Source: Polyangiales bacterium
GTDB lineage: Bacteria > Myxococcota_A > Polyangia > Polyangiales > Ga0077539
Direction: 5' to 3'
Assembly (NCBI GenBank): GCA_044229975.1
Contig: JBGARZ010000014.1
Span: 64,001-128,000, forward strand
Length of the DNA stretch: 64,000 nucleotides
Shown here: one piece after another, positions 43,957 through 53,845 of the stretch
Layout of the letters: each line of letters opens with the position of its first letter
Numbering within the stretch: position 1 is the first letter of the stretch
Program-made: the position numbers and the translations under genes
Notes under the pieces: model-generated
Databases searched by the model: none
Told to the model about the DNA's origin: nothing
The model's input: the letters and a program-made list of their open reading frames with translations, nothing else

Positions 43957-44243
43957 TGACGTTTGGAGTAGGTGTTGGTGTCGGTTGGAAAGCGTCGGCT
44001 GCCTGTTCGCGGCCCTGCGATGTCAGAAGAAGCCGCCAGGGCGCAAGGGTCGCAAGGACGAGTTCTCATCGCAAAACGTGCCTCGGTTTCGCGAGACGGG
44101 GAGCGCGAGCGACTGGAGCCTTGTCGCGCCCATCCCACCGCCACCTTGCGACCCTTGCGTCCTGGCGGCTTCTCCCCTCGTCGCAGGGCTGCGAACGCAC
44201 AGCCGACTCTCTCGCGCACCACCGACGCCTACTCCGAGTCGCA
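43957..44243. mobile_element. Putative MITE / foldback palindromic element with 10-bp target-site duplication
   Basis: TG...CA ends; ~100-nt imperfect inverted arms (43957-44057 vs 44144-44243); flanked by identical GGAGTGAGAC at 43947-43956 and 44244-44253. Confidence 0.7.
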
Positions 44244-44294
44244 GGAGTGAGACGCTCCGCTTGACGGGAGTCGTGAGAGGGGGCGAGCGTTGAT

Positions 44295-46086
44295 GTGATG
44301 CCGTACCGCGAGCCCACGCTGAGCGGGCCTGGGGAAGGGGCGGCACGACCGCGTTTGGAGCTGGTGCTCGTTCCGTTGCTCGCGGTGTTGGGGGTGAGCG
44401 GTGGTCTCGCTGCGCGGCGTGCGTCGAGTCGGGAGCTGCACCGTCCGGGCGCGGTGGTTTCGACGGGAGACGTCGTGCGGTCGGACGCCGCAGTCTGGGC
44501 CGCGGGGCTACAGCCGGACGGAAGTCAGCAGGTCATCGCGGGTCCTGTGCGCTTCGTCGTCTCGTCGTCGAAACGAGTGGAGGTCGCAGCTATGCGGTTC
44601 GAACACGACATCGCCGTCGCCACCGAGGTGCGTGACGGATGGGTGTTCGCCACCACCAGCGGCGACGTCGCGCGAAGCGACTCCTTCCTCGGTCCGCTGC
44701 GACCGCGTGGGGCGGGTCGGCGTGCGCGTGCGCGATGTGCCGCGTAGGGCGGTCGGGTGCGCGGCCATCCTCGGGTTCAACGGCGACCTCTGGGTCACCG
44801 CGGGGAGCGGCCTTCCGGTGCGAGCAGAGCTGCCGGGGCCGGTGAGAGATGCCGTCTTCGGCGATGATCGAAGCGGCGTCGCGTGGCTCAACGACCTGCG
44901 CGTCGAGGTCACCACGGATGGAGGGTTGACCCGGTCAATGCCTGGGCTGGCAGGCGAGTTCGCGCGGGGTCTCTACCTGGGGTCATCGGGCGTGACGGTG
45001 CAGACGACAGGCGGGCATCTCGTGCTGGGCGTTGACGGCAGGCTTCACCATCGTGCGGACGCCGGGCGTCCCGAAGTTCGGCAGCCCGAGAGCGGGGCCC
45101 TCCGCAACCAACTGAACGCTACGGGAATCAGGATCAGCGCGGTGTACGTCTCGCCCACGGGCGCGATGAGCCTGGGCGGGCCGCATGAATGGCCGCACGA
45201 GCCCATCGCGGCTGCGTCCATCGCAGGTTGGTCTACATACCAGTGCCGGTATGGCGGCGACGCTGAGGCGACGTACCGATCGGTCGGTGTGACCGGTTCG
45301 GTGCGCTGGTTGGGGTGGGCGGTGACGCCACGCGGAAGGCTGACGACGCGAAGCGGTGCGGCGACCGCGCTCGCATGGGTCCGCGCTGGGGGGCAGGTCG
45401 TCCCGATTCCCGAACCCATGCTGGACGAGGCCGACGACGACAGAGTGTCGGTCGGCCAGGTCTTCGCGCTCCCGGACGGGGGCGTCGTGTTTGTGGTGAG
45501 CAGCGGGTTGAGACGCCTCAGCGATTTCCGTGACGCGGGAGTGGCTCTCGACGTTGGACCCGATGGTCGAGTCCGGGGGCGCCGGCCGTTCAAATGGGGG
45601 CGCGGCGAGGCCGTGGTCGCCATCGCGCGCCAGGGGCGATGCGCGGGGCCGGTCGTCGGAGCGCAGTACCCCGGAGTCGTACGGATGCTGCCGATCGCCG
45701 ACGCTGCACGCGCTTGCACGAGGACTGGTCCGATTGAGCTGCCTTCGCTCGATGGCTCCACGCTGCGGCCCTGCCGCCGACCGACCTCCGAGGACGCCAT
45801 CGTGATTGCGACGCACGAGCAATTCGTCAGCCTCCTGGCGGACCTCGCAGCGCAACACTCGCCCGACGACACTCTGTTTTCGCTCGTGACGCGCGCTGGG
45901 GTCGAGTCGAGTGGCACCGGGCATTGCCTCCGAGATGTGACCATCGTGGCGCCCGACAACGCACCGAACCGCGAGATCACCCTCACGGCCCGGGGCGACG
46001 GGTTGGAAGGGAGCGTCGACCTCGATGTGGTCGGCGCCCCGACCGCGTGGCGTCGCGTGCGCTGCGAGCCGCTGCACGCGCGGTAG
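44295..46086 (+). pseudogene. Probably frameshifted hypothetical exported protein
   Basis: ORF 44295-44747 has a TM and protein-like sequence up to DSFLGPLR; plausible sequence continues in the other frame (RVGRVG...) to stop 46086; atypical codon usage by eye. Confidence 0.5.
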
Positions 46087-46108
46087 TCCGTGGTAGGAGC
46101 GTCCCGCG

Positions 46109-46948
46109 ATGCCGATCCAGTGGTACCCGGGACACATGAACAAGGCCCGCCGCGTGATGGCGGAGGTGATGCCGTCGCAGGACGTCGTCATCGAGGTGCT
46201 CGACGCGCGCATGCCCGCCGCCAGCGCCAACCCCGTCGTCGCCGAGCTGCGGCGGGACAAGCCCTGCGTGAAGGTGCTCAGCAAGAGCGACCTCGCCGAC
46301 CCGGAGGCCACCGAGGCGTGGCTCAAGCACTTCGAGACCGACGCCACGGTGCTCGCCGTCGCCACGACGACCACGCGCGCGGGAGAGACGAAGTCGCGCG
46401 TCCCGGCGCTGTGCGAGCGCATCGCGAAGCGTGACCGCGGAGGGGACAAGTCGCTGCGGGCGATGATCGTGGGCATCCCCAACGTGGGGAAGTCGACGCT
46501 CATCAACACGCTCATGGGACGCGTCGTCGCGGCGGCGAGCGACAAGCCCGCCGTCACCAAGGAGCTCGAGTCGTACGCGCTGCCGAGCGGGATGACGCTC
46601 ACCGACAACCCGGGGCTGCTGTGGCCGAAGATCGAGGACGGCGACGCCACGATGCGGCTCGCGCTCGGCGGGGCGATTCCCGACACGGCCATCGAGTACC
46701 AGAGCGTCGGGCTCTTCGCGGGGCAGTACTTCCTCGCGCACTACCCGGCGCTGCTGCTCGCCCGCTACAAGCTGAAGACCCTGCCCGCGTCGGCGGGGGC
46801 GCTGCTCGAAGAGATTGGTCGGCGCCGCGGGTGCCTCCGCAGCGGCGGAACCGTCGACGTCTACAAGGCCGCCGACATCCTGGTGCACGAGTTTCGCGCC
46901 GGGACGCTCGGCCGCATCAGCCTCGAACGGCCGCCTGTTGTGGCGTGA
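46109..46948 (+). CDS. rbgA: Ribosome biogenesis GTPase RbgA/YlqF
   Basis: IQWYPGHM, EVLDARMP, circularly permuted SKSD...GIPNVGKS...DNPG, EFRAGTLGRISLE. Confidence 0.93.
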   Translation: MPIQWYPGHMNKARRVMAEVMPSQDVVIEVLDARMPAASANPVVAELRRDKPCVKVLSKSDLADPEATEAWLKHFETDATVLAVATTTTRAGETKSRVPALCERIAKRDRGGDKSLRAMIVGIPNVGKSTLINTLMGRVVAAASDKPAVTKELESYALPSGMTLTDNPGLLWPKIEDGDATMRLALGGAIPDTAIEYQSVGLFAGQYFLAHYPALLLARYKLKTLPASAGALLEEIGRRRGCLRSGGTVDVYKAADILVHEFRAGTLGRISLERPPVVA

Positions 46949-47042
46949 CCGTTGCGCGCCGCGCTGGCGCTACGGCGTGCACGCCGGGGACGTGGTCGGT
47001 GCTGGGCATGCCATTCTGTTTCTGGAACTACCGTCCGACGGC

Positions 47043-47098
47043 TTGACAGTCGTCCGTCACGCGTCTAACAGAATGCTCGTTCTTGTTTCGGTTCTGTT
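47043..47098 (+). promoter_or_regulatory. Putative sigma70 -35 box with overlapping inverted-repeat operator
   Basis: TTGACA at 47043-47048; AACAGAA (47067-47073) has inverted partners TTCTTGTT and TTCTGTT (47092-47098); a TetR gene lies in the downstream operon. Confidence 0.45.
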
Positions 47099-47122
47099 TG
47101 TTCTCGACCGGAGGTCTACGCC

Positions 47123-48007
47123 ATGTCGCTCGATCACGCGCCCGCTTCTGACACCGCGACCGCACCCGCCATCGACCCGCAGCTCCCGCGCGCCAACCGG
47201 GTCATCCACATCCCCGACTTCCGCCTCGAAGACCGGCTCACGCCCGAGCACATCGACTTCTTCGAGACCTACGGCTTCATCCGCTTCAGGCGCTTCGCCT
47301 CACGCGAGAAGGCCCGCTCGCTCTACGAAGCCTTCAACCAGCTCACCGCCGAGCTCGTCGCCAAGAAGGCCGAAAACGTCAACGGCGTCCCCCTCATCAA
47401 GGGCCAGCGCGACGACGGCACTCCCTTCTTCGGGCGCATCCCCTTCGTCTCCCTCCAGAGCCCGACCTTCGCGGAGTTTCTCCGCGACCCGCGCTTCCAG
47501 GCCATCGTCGACGACCTCGCGCCGGGCTCGCGCATCGGGCAGGACGAGCGCGACGGCCTCGTGGTCAACCGCTTCCGCAACCACGCGGGGGCCAAGTACA
47601 AAAACCTCGGCTGGCACACCGACAGCCTCCGCGACATCGCCTACTTCGAGAAGCCGCGGCGCTACCTCAACGTCGGCTTCTCCATCACCGACTCGCCCCT
47701 CCGCGTCGGCGGGCTGCGCGTGCTGCCCTGCACGCACAACCAGTCCATCTCCTCCATGCTCACGACGAAGGCCCACTTCTTCGACATGCAGCCCGACCCC
47801 AACGAGCTCGCCATCACCACCGAGGCCGGCGACCTCACCATCCACGACGGCCGCCTCTGGCACCGCACCGCGCTCGCGCAGGTGACGGGTGACGCCAGCG
47901 AGCGCGTGGTCACCTACCTCCCGATCATGGACGGGCCCATCAAGCGCAAGCACGACGGCAGCGCGACGCCCTTCTACTTCCACCTCAAGAAGCTCCTGAA
48001 CTACTGA
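47123..48007 (+). CDS. Phytanoyl-CoA dioxygenase (PhyH) family Fe/2-OG oxygenase
   Basis: FFETYGF, GWHTD (HxD), GGLRVLP.TH, AGDLTIHDGRLWH. Confidence 0.88.
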   Translation: MSLDHAPASDTATAPAIDPQLPRANRVIHIPDFRLEDRLTPEHIDFFETYGFIRFRRFASREKARSLYEAFNQLTAELVAKKAENVNGVPLIKGQRDDGTPFFGRIPFVSLQSPTFAEFLRDPRFQAIVDDLAPGSRIGQDERDGLVVNRFRNHAGAKYKNLGWHTDSLRDIAYFEKPRRYLNVGFSITDSPLRVGGLRVLPCTHNQSISSMLTTKAHFFDMQPDPNELAITTEAGDLTIHDGRLWHRTALAQVTGDASERVVTYLPIMDGPIKRKHDGSATPFYFHLKKLLNY

Positions 48008-48009
48008 CC

Positions 48010-48669
48010 GTGAAGCCCGAGACGCCGCTCCAGTGGGTCAACGCCCCGCAGCAGGCCCGCAGCCAGCGCACGATGGAGAACATCCTCGACGCGGCCGAGG
48101 CGATCCTGCTGGAGCGGGGGCTCGACGCGGTCACCATCCCCGGCGTGGTGAAGGCCGCGGGGTCGAGCGTGGGGGCGTTCTACGCGCGCTTTCCGGACAA
48201 GCGGGCGCTGTTGGAGACGGTGCATCAGCGGGCGTGTGAGCGGGCGCTCGCGCAGACCGACGCGCTGCTCGACCCGACGCGGTGGGAAGCGGCCTCGATG
48301 CGCGACATCGTGCGCGCCGGGGTGCGCCTCGCCGTCGAGGTCTTCGGCTCCCGCCAGAACATCATGAACGCCTTCGCCGCCGCCTTCGCCGGTGACGTCG
48401 GCTTCGCGGCGCGGCGGGCCACCACGGCGGTCACCATCGGCGAGCGCCTCTCGGCGCTGGTGCTCTCGCGGCGCGATCAGATCGGGCACCCGCAGCCCAG
48501 GCGCGCCGTGGAGATGGCGCTGCGCGTGGTCACGGCGACGCTGGAGCAGCGCAACGCCTTCGCGGTCAGCGGCCTGCCCGACGTCTCGGTCTCCGACGCG
48601 GTGCTGGTGCGCGAGCTCGACCGGATGGTCTGCGCGTACCTGGGCATCGCGCCCGACGACGGGTCCTGA
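48010..48669 (+). CDS. TetR/AcrR family transcriptional regulator
   Basis: PQQARSQRT..ILDAA, AGSSVGAFYARFPDKRAL helix-turn-helix. Confidence 0.92.
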   Translation: MKPETPLQWVNAPQQARSQRTMENILDAAEAILLERGLDAVTIPGVVKAAGSSVGAFYARFPDKRALLETVHQRACERALAQTDALLDPTRWEAASMRDIVRAGVRLAVEVFGSRQNIMNAFAAAFAGDVGFAARRATTAVTIGERLSALVLSRRDQIGHPQPRRAVEMALRVVTATLEQRNAFAVSGLPDVSVSDAVLVRELDRMVCAYLGIAPDDGS

Positions 48670-48678
48670 GCGGGGGAA

Positions 48679-49137
48679 TCAGGCGCCGGGGCGCGCGAAG
48701 GCGAGGTGCTCGCGGCTCACGGCCAGCACCTGGTCTTCGGTGAAGAGCGCGATGAAGCGCCGCGAGGGCTCGTTGAGGAAGTCCACGAGGCGCGGCCCTT
48801 CCGCCCGCAGCTCCGGGTAGATGGAGCCGGTCCAGACGGTTCCGTCGGAGAGGGTGAACTCCACCTCCATGCCGTTGGCTCCCTGGCTCAGCTCGTCGGA
48901 GCGCGAACGCTTCGTGGTCACCGTCACGATGTGGGACTTCTGCACGAGCGTCACGTTGCCCGAGGCCTCGACGAGCGCGAGGAAGGGCTCGTCGTTGTTG
49001 AGCGTGTCGATGGGCTCTTCAGGGCCGTCGTGAAAGCGCGCCGTCACCGGGAGGAAGATGTCGCCCACCAGGGGAATCCCGTTGGCGAGCGTGACGGCGA
49101 CGCGGTGCCGCAACTTCTCGACCCGGTAGTCGCTCAT
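48679..49137 (-). CDS. Hypothetical protein with an internally duplicated Sm/Hfq-like domain
   Basis: Two ~65-aa repeats V..TL..G....G.I......D.LN....F.AL......V...H; start ATG 49137. Confidence 0.6.
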   Translation of the reverse strand: MSDYRVEKLRHRVAVTLANGIPLVGDIFLPVTARFHDGPEEPIDTLNNDEPFLALVEASGNVTLVQKSHIVTVTTKRSRSDELSQGANGMEVEFTLSDGTVWTGSIYPELRAEGPRLVDFLNEPSRRFIALFTEDQVLAVSREHLAFARPGA

Positions 49138-49208
49138 CGCCCGCCAGAGAGTCGAGGGCATCGCCGATGACGTCAAGCGCTACGTGGGTCCGCGGTATCG
49201 TCGCGGCG

Positions 49209-50294
49209 ATGCGCACCGCCCTCGTCCCGTCGCTGTTGTGTGTGCTCGCCGCGTGCGAGCGTGAGACGCCTGTCGTTCGCGACGCCGCGGTCGATCACCC
49301 CGCCGCGGTCGTCGATGTCGCAGCCGTCGTCGATGTCGGCAAGCCCAAGGACGTACCCGTCGATGCGCCGCTGCCAGAGTGCGGCCAGGGCTCGGCGCTC
49401 GCGCTCGCGCGCTGCGTCGACGGCGCCCGCTACCAGACCGACCTCGAAGCCATCGCGCGCGAGCGCAACCTGTCGAGCGCCCACTGGATGGAGGTGCAGG
49501 ACCTCTGCGCGACCCGCCTCGCGTCGCTCGGGTTCACCGTCGAGCGCCACGCGTACGGCACCGGGGTCAACGTGGTGGGCGTTCGTGAAGGCACCGCGGA
49601 GCCCGCGCGCCGCGTGATGGTGGGGGCGCACTACGATCACATCCGCGGGTGCGCCGGCGCTGACGACAACGCGAGCGGCGTCGCGGGCGCGCTGGAGGCC
49701 GCGCGGGTGCTCGCGGCGCGGTCGTACCCGCGAACGCTGGTGGTCGCGTGCTGGGACGAGGAAGAGCGCGGGCTCATCGGGTCGCGGGCCTACGCCGCGA
49801 GGGCGATGGGGCGGTCGGAGGTCATCGACGCGTACTTCAACTTCGAGATGATCGGGTACGTCGACCACGCGCCCAGCTCGCAGCGCCTACCGCCCGGCAT
49901 CAACCTGGTGTTTCCGGCGGCGGCGCGGGAGTGGGAGGCGCGCGAGCGGCGCGGGGACTTCCTCGCGGCCATCGGCAACGAGCGCGCGTCCGCGGGACTC
50001 ATCGGACTGGAGCGCTACGCCGACCGGCTCGGGCTGCCGTTCATTCCGCTGCGCTTGAGTACGGCGCTCATGTCGTCGCCGCTCGTGGGCGACCTGCGAC
50101 GGTCCGATCACGCGTCGTTCTGGGACAACGGCTACCCCGGCATCATGCTCACGGACACGTCGGAGTTTCGCTACGACCGCTACCACTGCGCCGCGGGGCC
50201 CGACGTCACCACGGGGCTCGATCGCACCTTCTCGTCGCAGGTCGTCGCGGTCACCGTCGGCGCCGCCGCCGAGGCGCTCGGCCTCACCGACTGA
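49209..50294 (+). CDS. M28 family metallopeptidase lipoprotein
   Basis: Lipobox LAAC; GAHYDH, GADDNASG, EERGLIGS, NFEMIG, RSDHASFW, YH. Confidence 0.9.
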   Translation: MRTALVPSLLCVLAACERETPVVRDAAVDHPAAVVDVAAVVDVGKPKDVPVDAPLPECGQGSALALARCVDGARYQTDLEAIARERNLSSAHWMEVQDLCATRLASLGFTVERHAYGTGVNVVGVREGTAEPARRVMVGAHYDHIRGCAGADDNASGVAGALEAARVLAARSYPRTLVVACWDEEERGLIGSRAYAARAMGRSEVIDAYFNFEMIGYVDHAPSSQRLPPGINLVFPAAAREWEARERRGDFLAAIGNERASAGLIGLERYADRLGLPFIPLRLSTALMSSPLVGDLRRSDHASFWDNGYPGIMLTDTSEFRYDRYHCAAGPDVTTGLDRTFSSQVVAVTVGAAAEALGLTD

Positions 50295-50444
50295 CGACGC
50301 TCGGAGCCTGTCGCGCGTCGGGTCGTCTGCGACCATCGCTTGGCAGGCAATTGGGGCTCGTGAGAGGTTGCGCCCGTTCGACGAACGGCGCAGGGGCGCC
50401 GCGCGTCTGCGCTCCTCTATTCCCTCCTTCAAGGACTCCCCGCA

Positions 50445-52973
50445 ATGCCTTCATCCAGACCCATCTCTACCAACTTGTGGGCGGCGCTCATGGCCCTCGC
50501 CATCGCCCTGGGCTGTTCGCCCGACCTGAGCGTCATCGGCGGCGACGCCGCCATGGGCGACGCCGGCTCCGACCTCGGAACCGACCTCGGCCTCCGCTGC
50601 GAGGGAACCCAGACCGCGTGCGGCGCGGCCTGCGTCGACACCCAGGTGAGCCGCGAGAACTGCGGCACCTGCGGCAACTCGTGCCCGGGCTCGCAGGTGT
50701 GCGTCGCCGGGAGCTGTCAGGTGGGCTGTCCTCCCGGTCAGCAGGCGTGCGGCGGGGTCTGCGTGACCTTCGCCACCGACCGCGCCAACTGCGGCGCCTG
50801 CGGTCGCACCTGCGGCACCGGCCTCGTGTGCGCCATGGGCGCGTGCAGCCTGGAGTGCGGTCCGATGCTCGCCCTGTGCGGCGGCGCCGGGGACGCGGGC
50901 GCCCAGGACGGCGGCGCCGGGGAGCGCTACTGCGCCGACCCGCGCACCGACCGCCTCAACTGCGGCGGCTGCGGGATGGCATGCCCTTCGGGTCAGGTGT
51001 GCAACGTCGGCGCGTGCGAGGTCTCGTGCCTCGCGGGCCAGACCGCGTGCGGCGGCGTGTGCCGCGACCTCCAGACCGACCGCGCCAATTGCGGCGCGTG
51101 CGGCACGACCTGCGCGGCGGGTCAGGTGTGTTCGGCCGGGAGCTGCGAGGTGTCGTGTGGCACGTCGCTGAGCAACTGCACCGGGACCTGCCGCGACCTC
51201 CAGACCGACCGCGCCAACTGCGGCGCCTGCGGGACGACCTGCCCGTCGGGTCAGGCGTGCAACGCCGGCGTGTGCGAGGTGTCGTGCCTCGCGGGGCAGT
51301 CGAAGTGCGGCGGCGTGTGTCGCGACCTCAACAACGACCGGCTCCACTGCGGCGCGTGCGACAACGTCTGCGCGGCGGGCCGCATCTGCATCGCGGGCGC
51401 CTGCGAGGTGTCGTGCAGCAGCGGGCTCAACAGCTGCGTCGGCGTGTGCCGCGATCTCCAGACCGACCGCCTCAACTGCGGCACCTGCGGCAACGTCTGC
51501 GCGGCGGGCCAGATCTGCAACGCGGGCGCCTGCGAGCTGTCGTGCACGGCGGGGCTCAATAGCTGCGCCGGGTCGTGCCGCGACCTCCAGACCGACCGCG
51601 CCAACTGCGGCGCGTGTGGCAACGTCTGCGCGGCGGGCACGGCGTGTACCGCGGGGATGTGCGTGGCCTCGTGCAGCACGGGCCTGACCGCGTGCTCGGG
51701 CGTGTGCCGCGACCTCCAGACCGACCGCGCCAACTGCGGGACCTGCGGCGGGACCTGCGCCGCGGGCCAGGTCTGCGCGGCGGGCGTGTGCGTGGTGTCG
51801 TGCGGCCCGGGCCTCAACGCGTGTTCGGGCGTGTGCCGCGACCTCCAGACCGACCGCGCCAACTGCGGCGTCTGCGGGACGGCGTGCGGCGCCGGGCGGG
51901 TGTGCACGGCGGGCGTGTGCGCCGCGGCGTGCAGCGTGACCCAGGTGGTGTGCGGCGGCGAGTGCACCACGCTGGCGATCGATCCGGACAACTGCGGGAT
52001 GTGCGGGCGCGTCTGCCCGTCGCCCGCCAACGCCTTCGGGGCCTGCGGGGTGAGCACCTGCTCGTTCGTGTGCGCGACGGGCTTCGGAGACTGCAACCGC
52101 GTGAGCACGGACGGCTGCGAGGTGAACACGCAGACCTCGGCCGCCAACTGCGGCGCGTGCGGGACGGCGTGCGCCCCGCCCAACGCGACCGGCGCGTGCG
52201 TGACCGGGACCTGCCGCGTGGCGACGTGCGCCGCGGGCTTCGCGGACTGCGATGGCCTGCCGGGCAACGGCTGCGAGGTCAACACCAACACCAGCGGGAC
52301 CAACTGCGGCGCGTGCGGCGTGACGTGTCCGACGGGCGTGTGTTCCGGCGCCGTCTGCGGGCTGCGCTGCAACGGCGCCACGACGCGGGTGCTGGTGATC
52401 GGGACGACCCCGGCGACGCTGACGGCGGCCCTGCCGAGCGGCGCGACGGTCACGTCGGTCACCGACGCGCAGTGGCGCGCGATGACGGCGGCGCAGTTCG
52501 CGACGTACCAGCTCATCGTGCTGCCCGAGGGGGCCACGTCGACCAACTACCAGAGCACCGTCGACACGCGCGCCACCTGGAACCCCGCGGTCAACGGTCG
52601 CGTCGCCCTCACCGGCCTGCACATGATGGGTCACTCCCAGGGCACGACGGTGTTTCGCGCCATCGTGGGCTGGCTGCTCGCGGGGCCGGGCACGGCGCTG
52701 TACGTCGACGGCCAGTTCGGCGGGAGCTTCCTCGGGTACAGCGAGCTCCTGGGGCTCGGGACGTTCGCGGGCACGGGGGGCCTGTCCCTGGACTCGGTGG
52801 TCATCACCAACCCGGCGCACCCGACCATGACCGGGTCGACCAACAGCTCGCTCTCCAGCTGGGCCCAGGCGGTGCACAACCAGATCACGTCGGCCCCGGC
52901 GGGCTACGAGACCATCGCCACCGCGGACGGCGTGAGCGTGCTCACCGTGCGCTCGACCGGCTGCACTCCGTAG
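50445..52973 (+). CDS. Cys-rich repeat surface lipoprotein (MXAN_6577/Stigma1-like repeats) with a globular C-terminal domain
   Basis: Lipobox ALGC; more than 10 repeats CRDLQTDRANCGACG..C..G..C..G.C; Cys-poor ~200-aa C-terminal domain. Confidence 0.88.
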   Translation: MPSSRPISTNLWAALMALAIALGCSPDLSVIGGDAAMGDAGSDLGTDLGLRCEGTQTACGAACVDTQVSRENCGTCGNSCPGSQVCVAGSCQVGCPPGQQACGGVCVTFATDRANCGACGRTCGTGLVCAMGACSLECGPMLALCGGAGDAGAQDGGAGERYCADPRTDRLNCGGCGMACPSGQVCNVGACEVSCLAGQTACGGVCRDLQTDRANCGACGTTCAAGQVCSAGSCEVSCGTSLSNCTGTCRDLQTDRANCGACGTTCPSGQACNAGVCEVSCLAGQSKCGGVCRDLNNDRLHCGACDNVCAAGRICIAGACEVSCSSGLNSCVGVCRDLQTDRLNCGTCGNVCAAGQICNAGACELSCTAGLNSCAGSCRDLQTDRANCGACGNVCAAGTACTAGMCVASCSTGLTACSGVCRDLQTDRANCGTCGGTCAAGQVCAAGVCVVSCGPGLNACSGVCRDLQTDRANCGVCGTACGAGRVCTAGVCAAACSVTQVVCGGECTTLAIDPDNCGMCGRVCPSPANAFGACGVSTCSFVCATGFGDCNRVSTDGCEVNTQTSAANCGACGTACAPPNATGACVTGTCRVATCAAGFADCDGLPGNGCEVNTNTSGTNCGACGVTCPTGVCSGAVCGLRCNGATTRVLVIGTTPATLTAALPSGATVTSVTDAQWRAMTAAQFATYQLIVLPEGATSTNYQSTVDTRATWNPAVNGRVALTGLHMMGHSQGTTVFRAIVGWLLAGPGTALYVDGQFGGSFLGYSELLGLGTFAGTGGLSLDSVVITNPAHPTMTGSTNSSLSSWAQAVHNQITSAPAGYETIATADGVSVLTVRSTGCTP
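50600..52360 (+). repeat. ~129-nt coding tandem repeat array
   Basis: Recurrent TGCCGCGACCTCCAGACCGACCGCGCCAACTGCGG at ~129-nt spacing. Confidence 0.85.
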
Positions 52974-52993
52974 CTCGACCCATCCCACCTGAT

Positions 52994-53015
52994 CCGGCGT
53001 TCGCGCGAACGCCGG
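52994..53015. terminator. Perfect 22-bp palindrome between convergent genes
   Basis: CCGGCGTTCGCGCGAACGCCGG is its own reverse complement; lies 20 nt after a stop codon. Confidence 0.5.
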
Positions 53016-53107
53016 TCCCCCCCCAAGCACCCTGAGTCATCGGGCGTCCTCTTGACGCGGCGCCGTCGCACGTTGGCGCGGTGCAGGCACTCGTGGATGG
53101 GTGACGG

Positions 53108-53845
53108 TCAGCCCCCCGTCCGCAGCTCCGCAAGCACCCCTAGCAGCGCGTCGATCTCCCCCTGGTGTTGCAGGTAGTGCGACGCCCGCGACGCGCGCCA
53201 CTGCCCGACGCGCACCGAGACCACGCGCGCCGGGTCGGTCGTCGCGAAGACGTCCTCGTCGGTGACGTCGTCGCCCACGAAGAGCGCCACGTCCGCGCCC
53301 TCGGCCGCGCACAGCGTCGCCAGCGCGTCGCCCTTGTGGGCCGCCCCCTCGGGTACGACGTTGAACACCATCTTCCCTGACACCACCCGCGCCCCGTCGA
53401 GGCCCGCGACCAGCGCCGCGAGCTCCGACCAGCGCTCGGGCGCGCGGCGGTAGTGCACCGAGAGCGAGTAGCCCTTGTCCTCGACCTCCACCCCCGCGAT
53501 GCCCGCCAGCCGCCCTTCGAGCGCGCGCCGCCAGCCCTGCACCAGCCCGAGGTAGCGCGCCGAGCCCTCCGCCGTCTCCACGCCGTGGTTGCCCACCATG
53601 ACCTGCACCGCGCTGCCTTCCAGCCGTCCGCGCAGGTCTGGCAGCGCGCGGCCCGACACCACCGCCACGGGATAACGCGCCGCGACCCGCGAGAGCGCCG
53701 CACGCGTGGTCTCTCGCATCTGCGCCGCGTCGGGGAGGCTCACGATGGGCGCGAGCGTTCCGTCGAAGTCGAAGCCCAGCAGCGACCGCGACCGCGCGAG
53801 GCCCTCCAGCACCGGCCGCTCGCTCTCCGCCAGGATGTGCCTCAT
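53108..53845 (-). CDS. otsB: Trehalose-6-phosphate phosphatase
   Basis: HAD motifs DFDGTLAP, VVSGR, GNHG, EDKG..LSVHYR, GDDVTDED; ATGA overlap with otsA. Confidence 0.92.
   Translation of the reverse strand: MRHILAESERPVLEGLARSRSLLGFDFDGTLAPIVSLPDAAQMRETTRAALSRVAARYPVAVVSGRALPDLRGRLEGSAVQVMVGNHGVETAEGSARYLGLVQGWRRALEGRLAGIAGVEVEDKGYSLSVHYRRAPERWSELAALVAGLDGARVVSGKMVFNVVPEGAAHKGDALATLCAAEGADVALFVGDDVTDEDVFATTDPARVVSVRVGQWRASRASHYLQHQGEIDALLGVLAELRTGG

Noticed and set aside
52985..53020. ACCTGATCCGG...GCCGG resembling the 3' half of a TPP riboswitch
   Set aside because: No upstream CUGAGA or closing AGGGA, and it lies between convergent gene ends; better explained as a palindrome.
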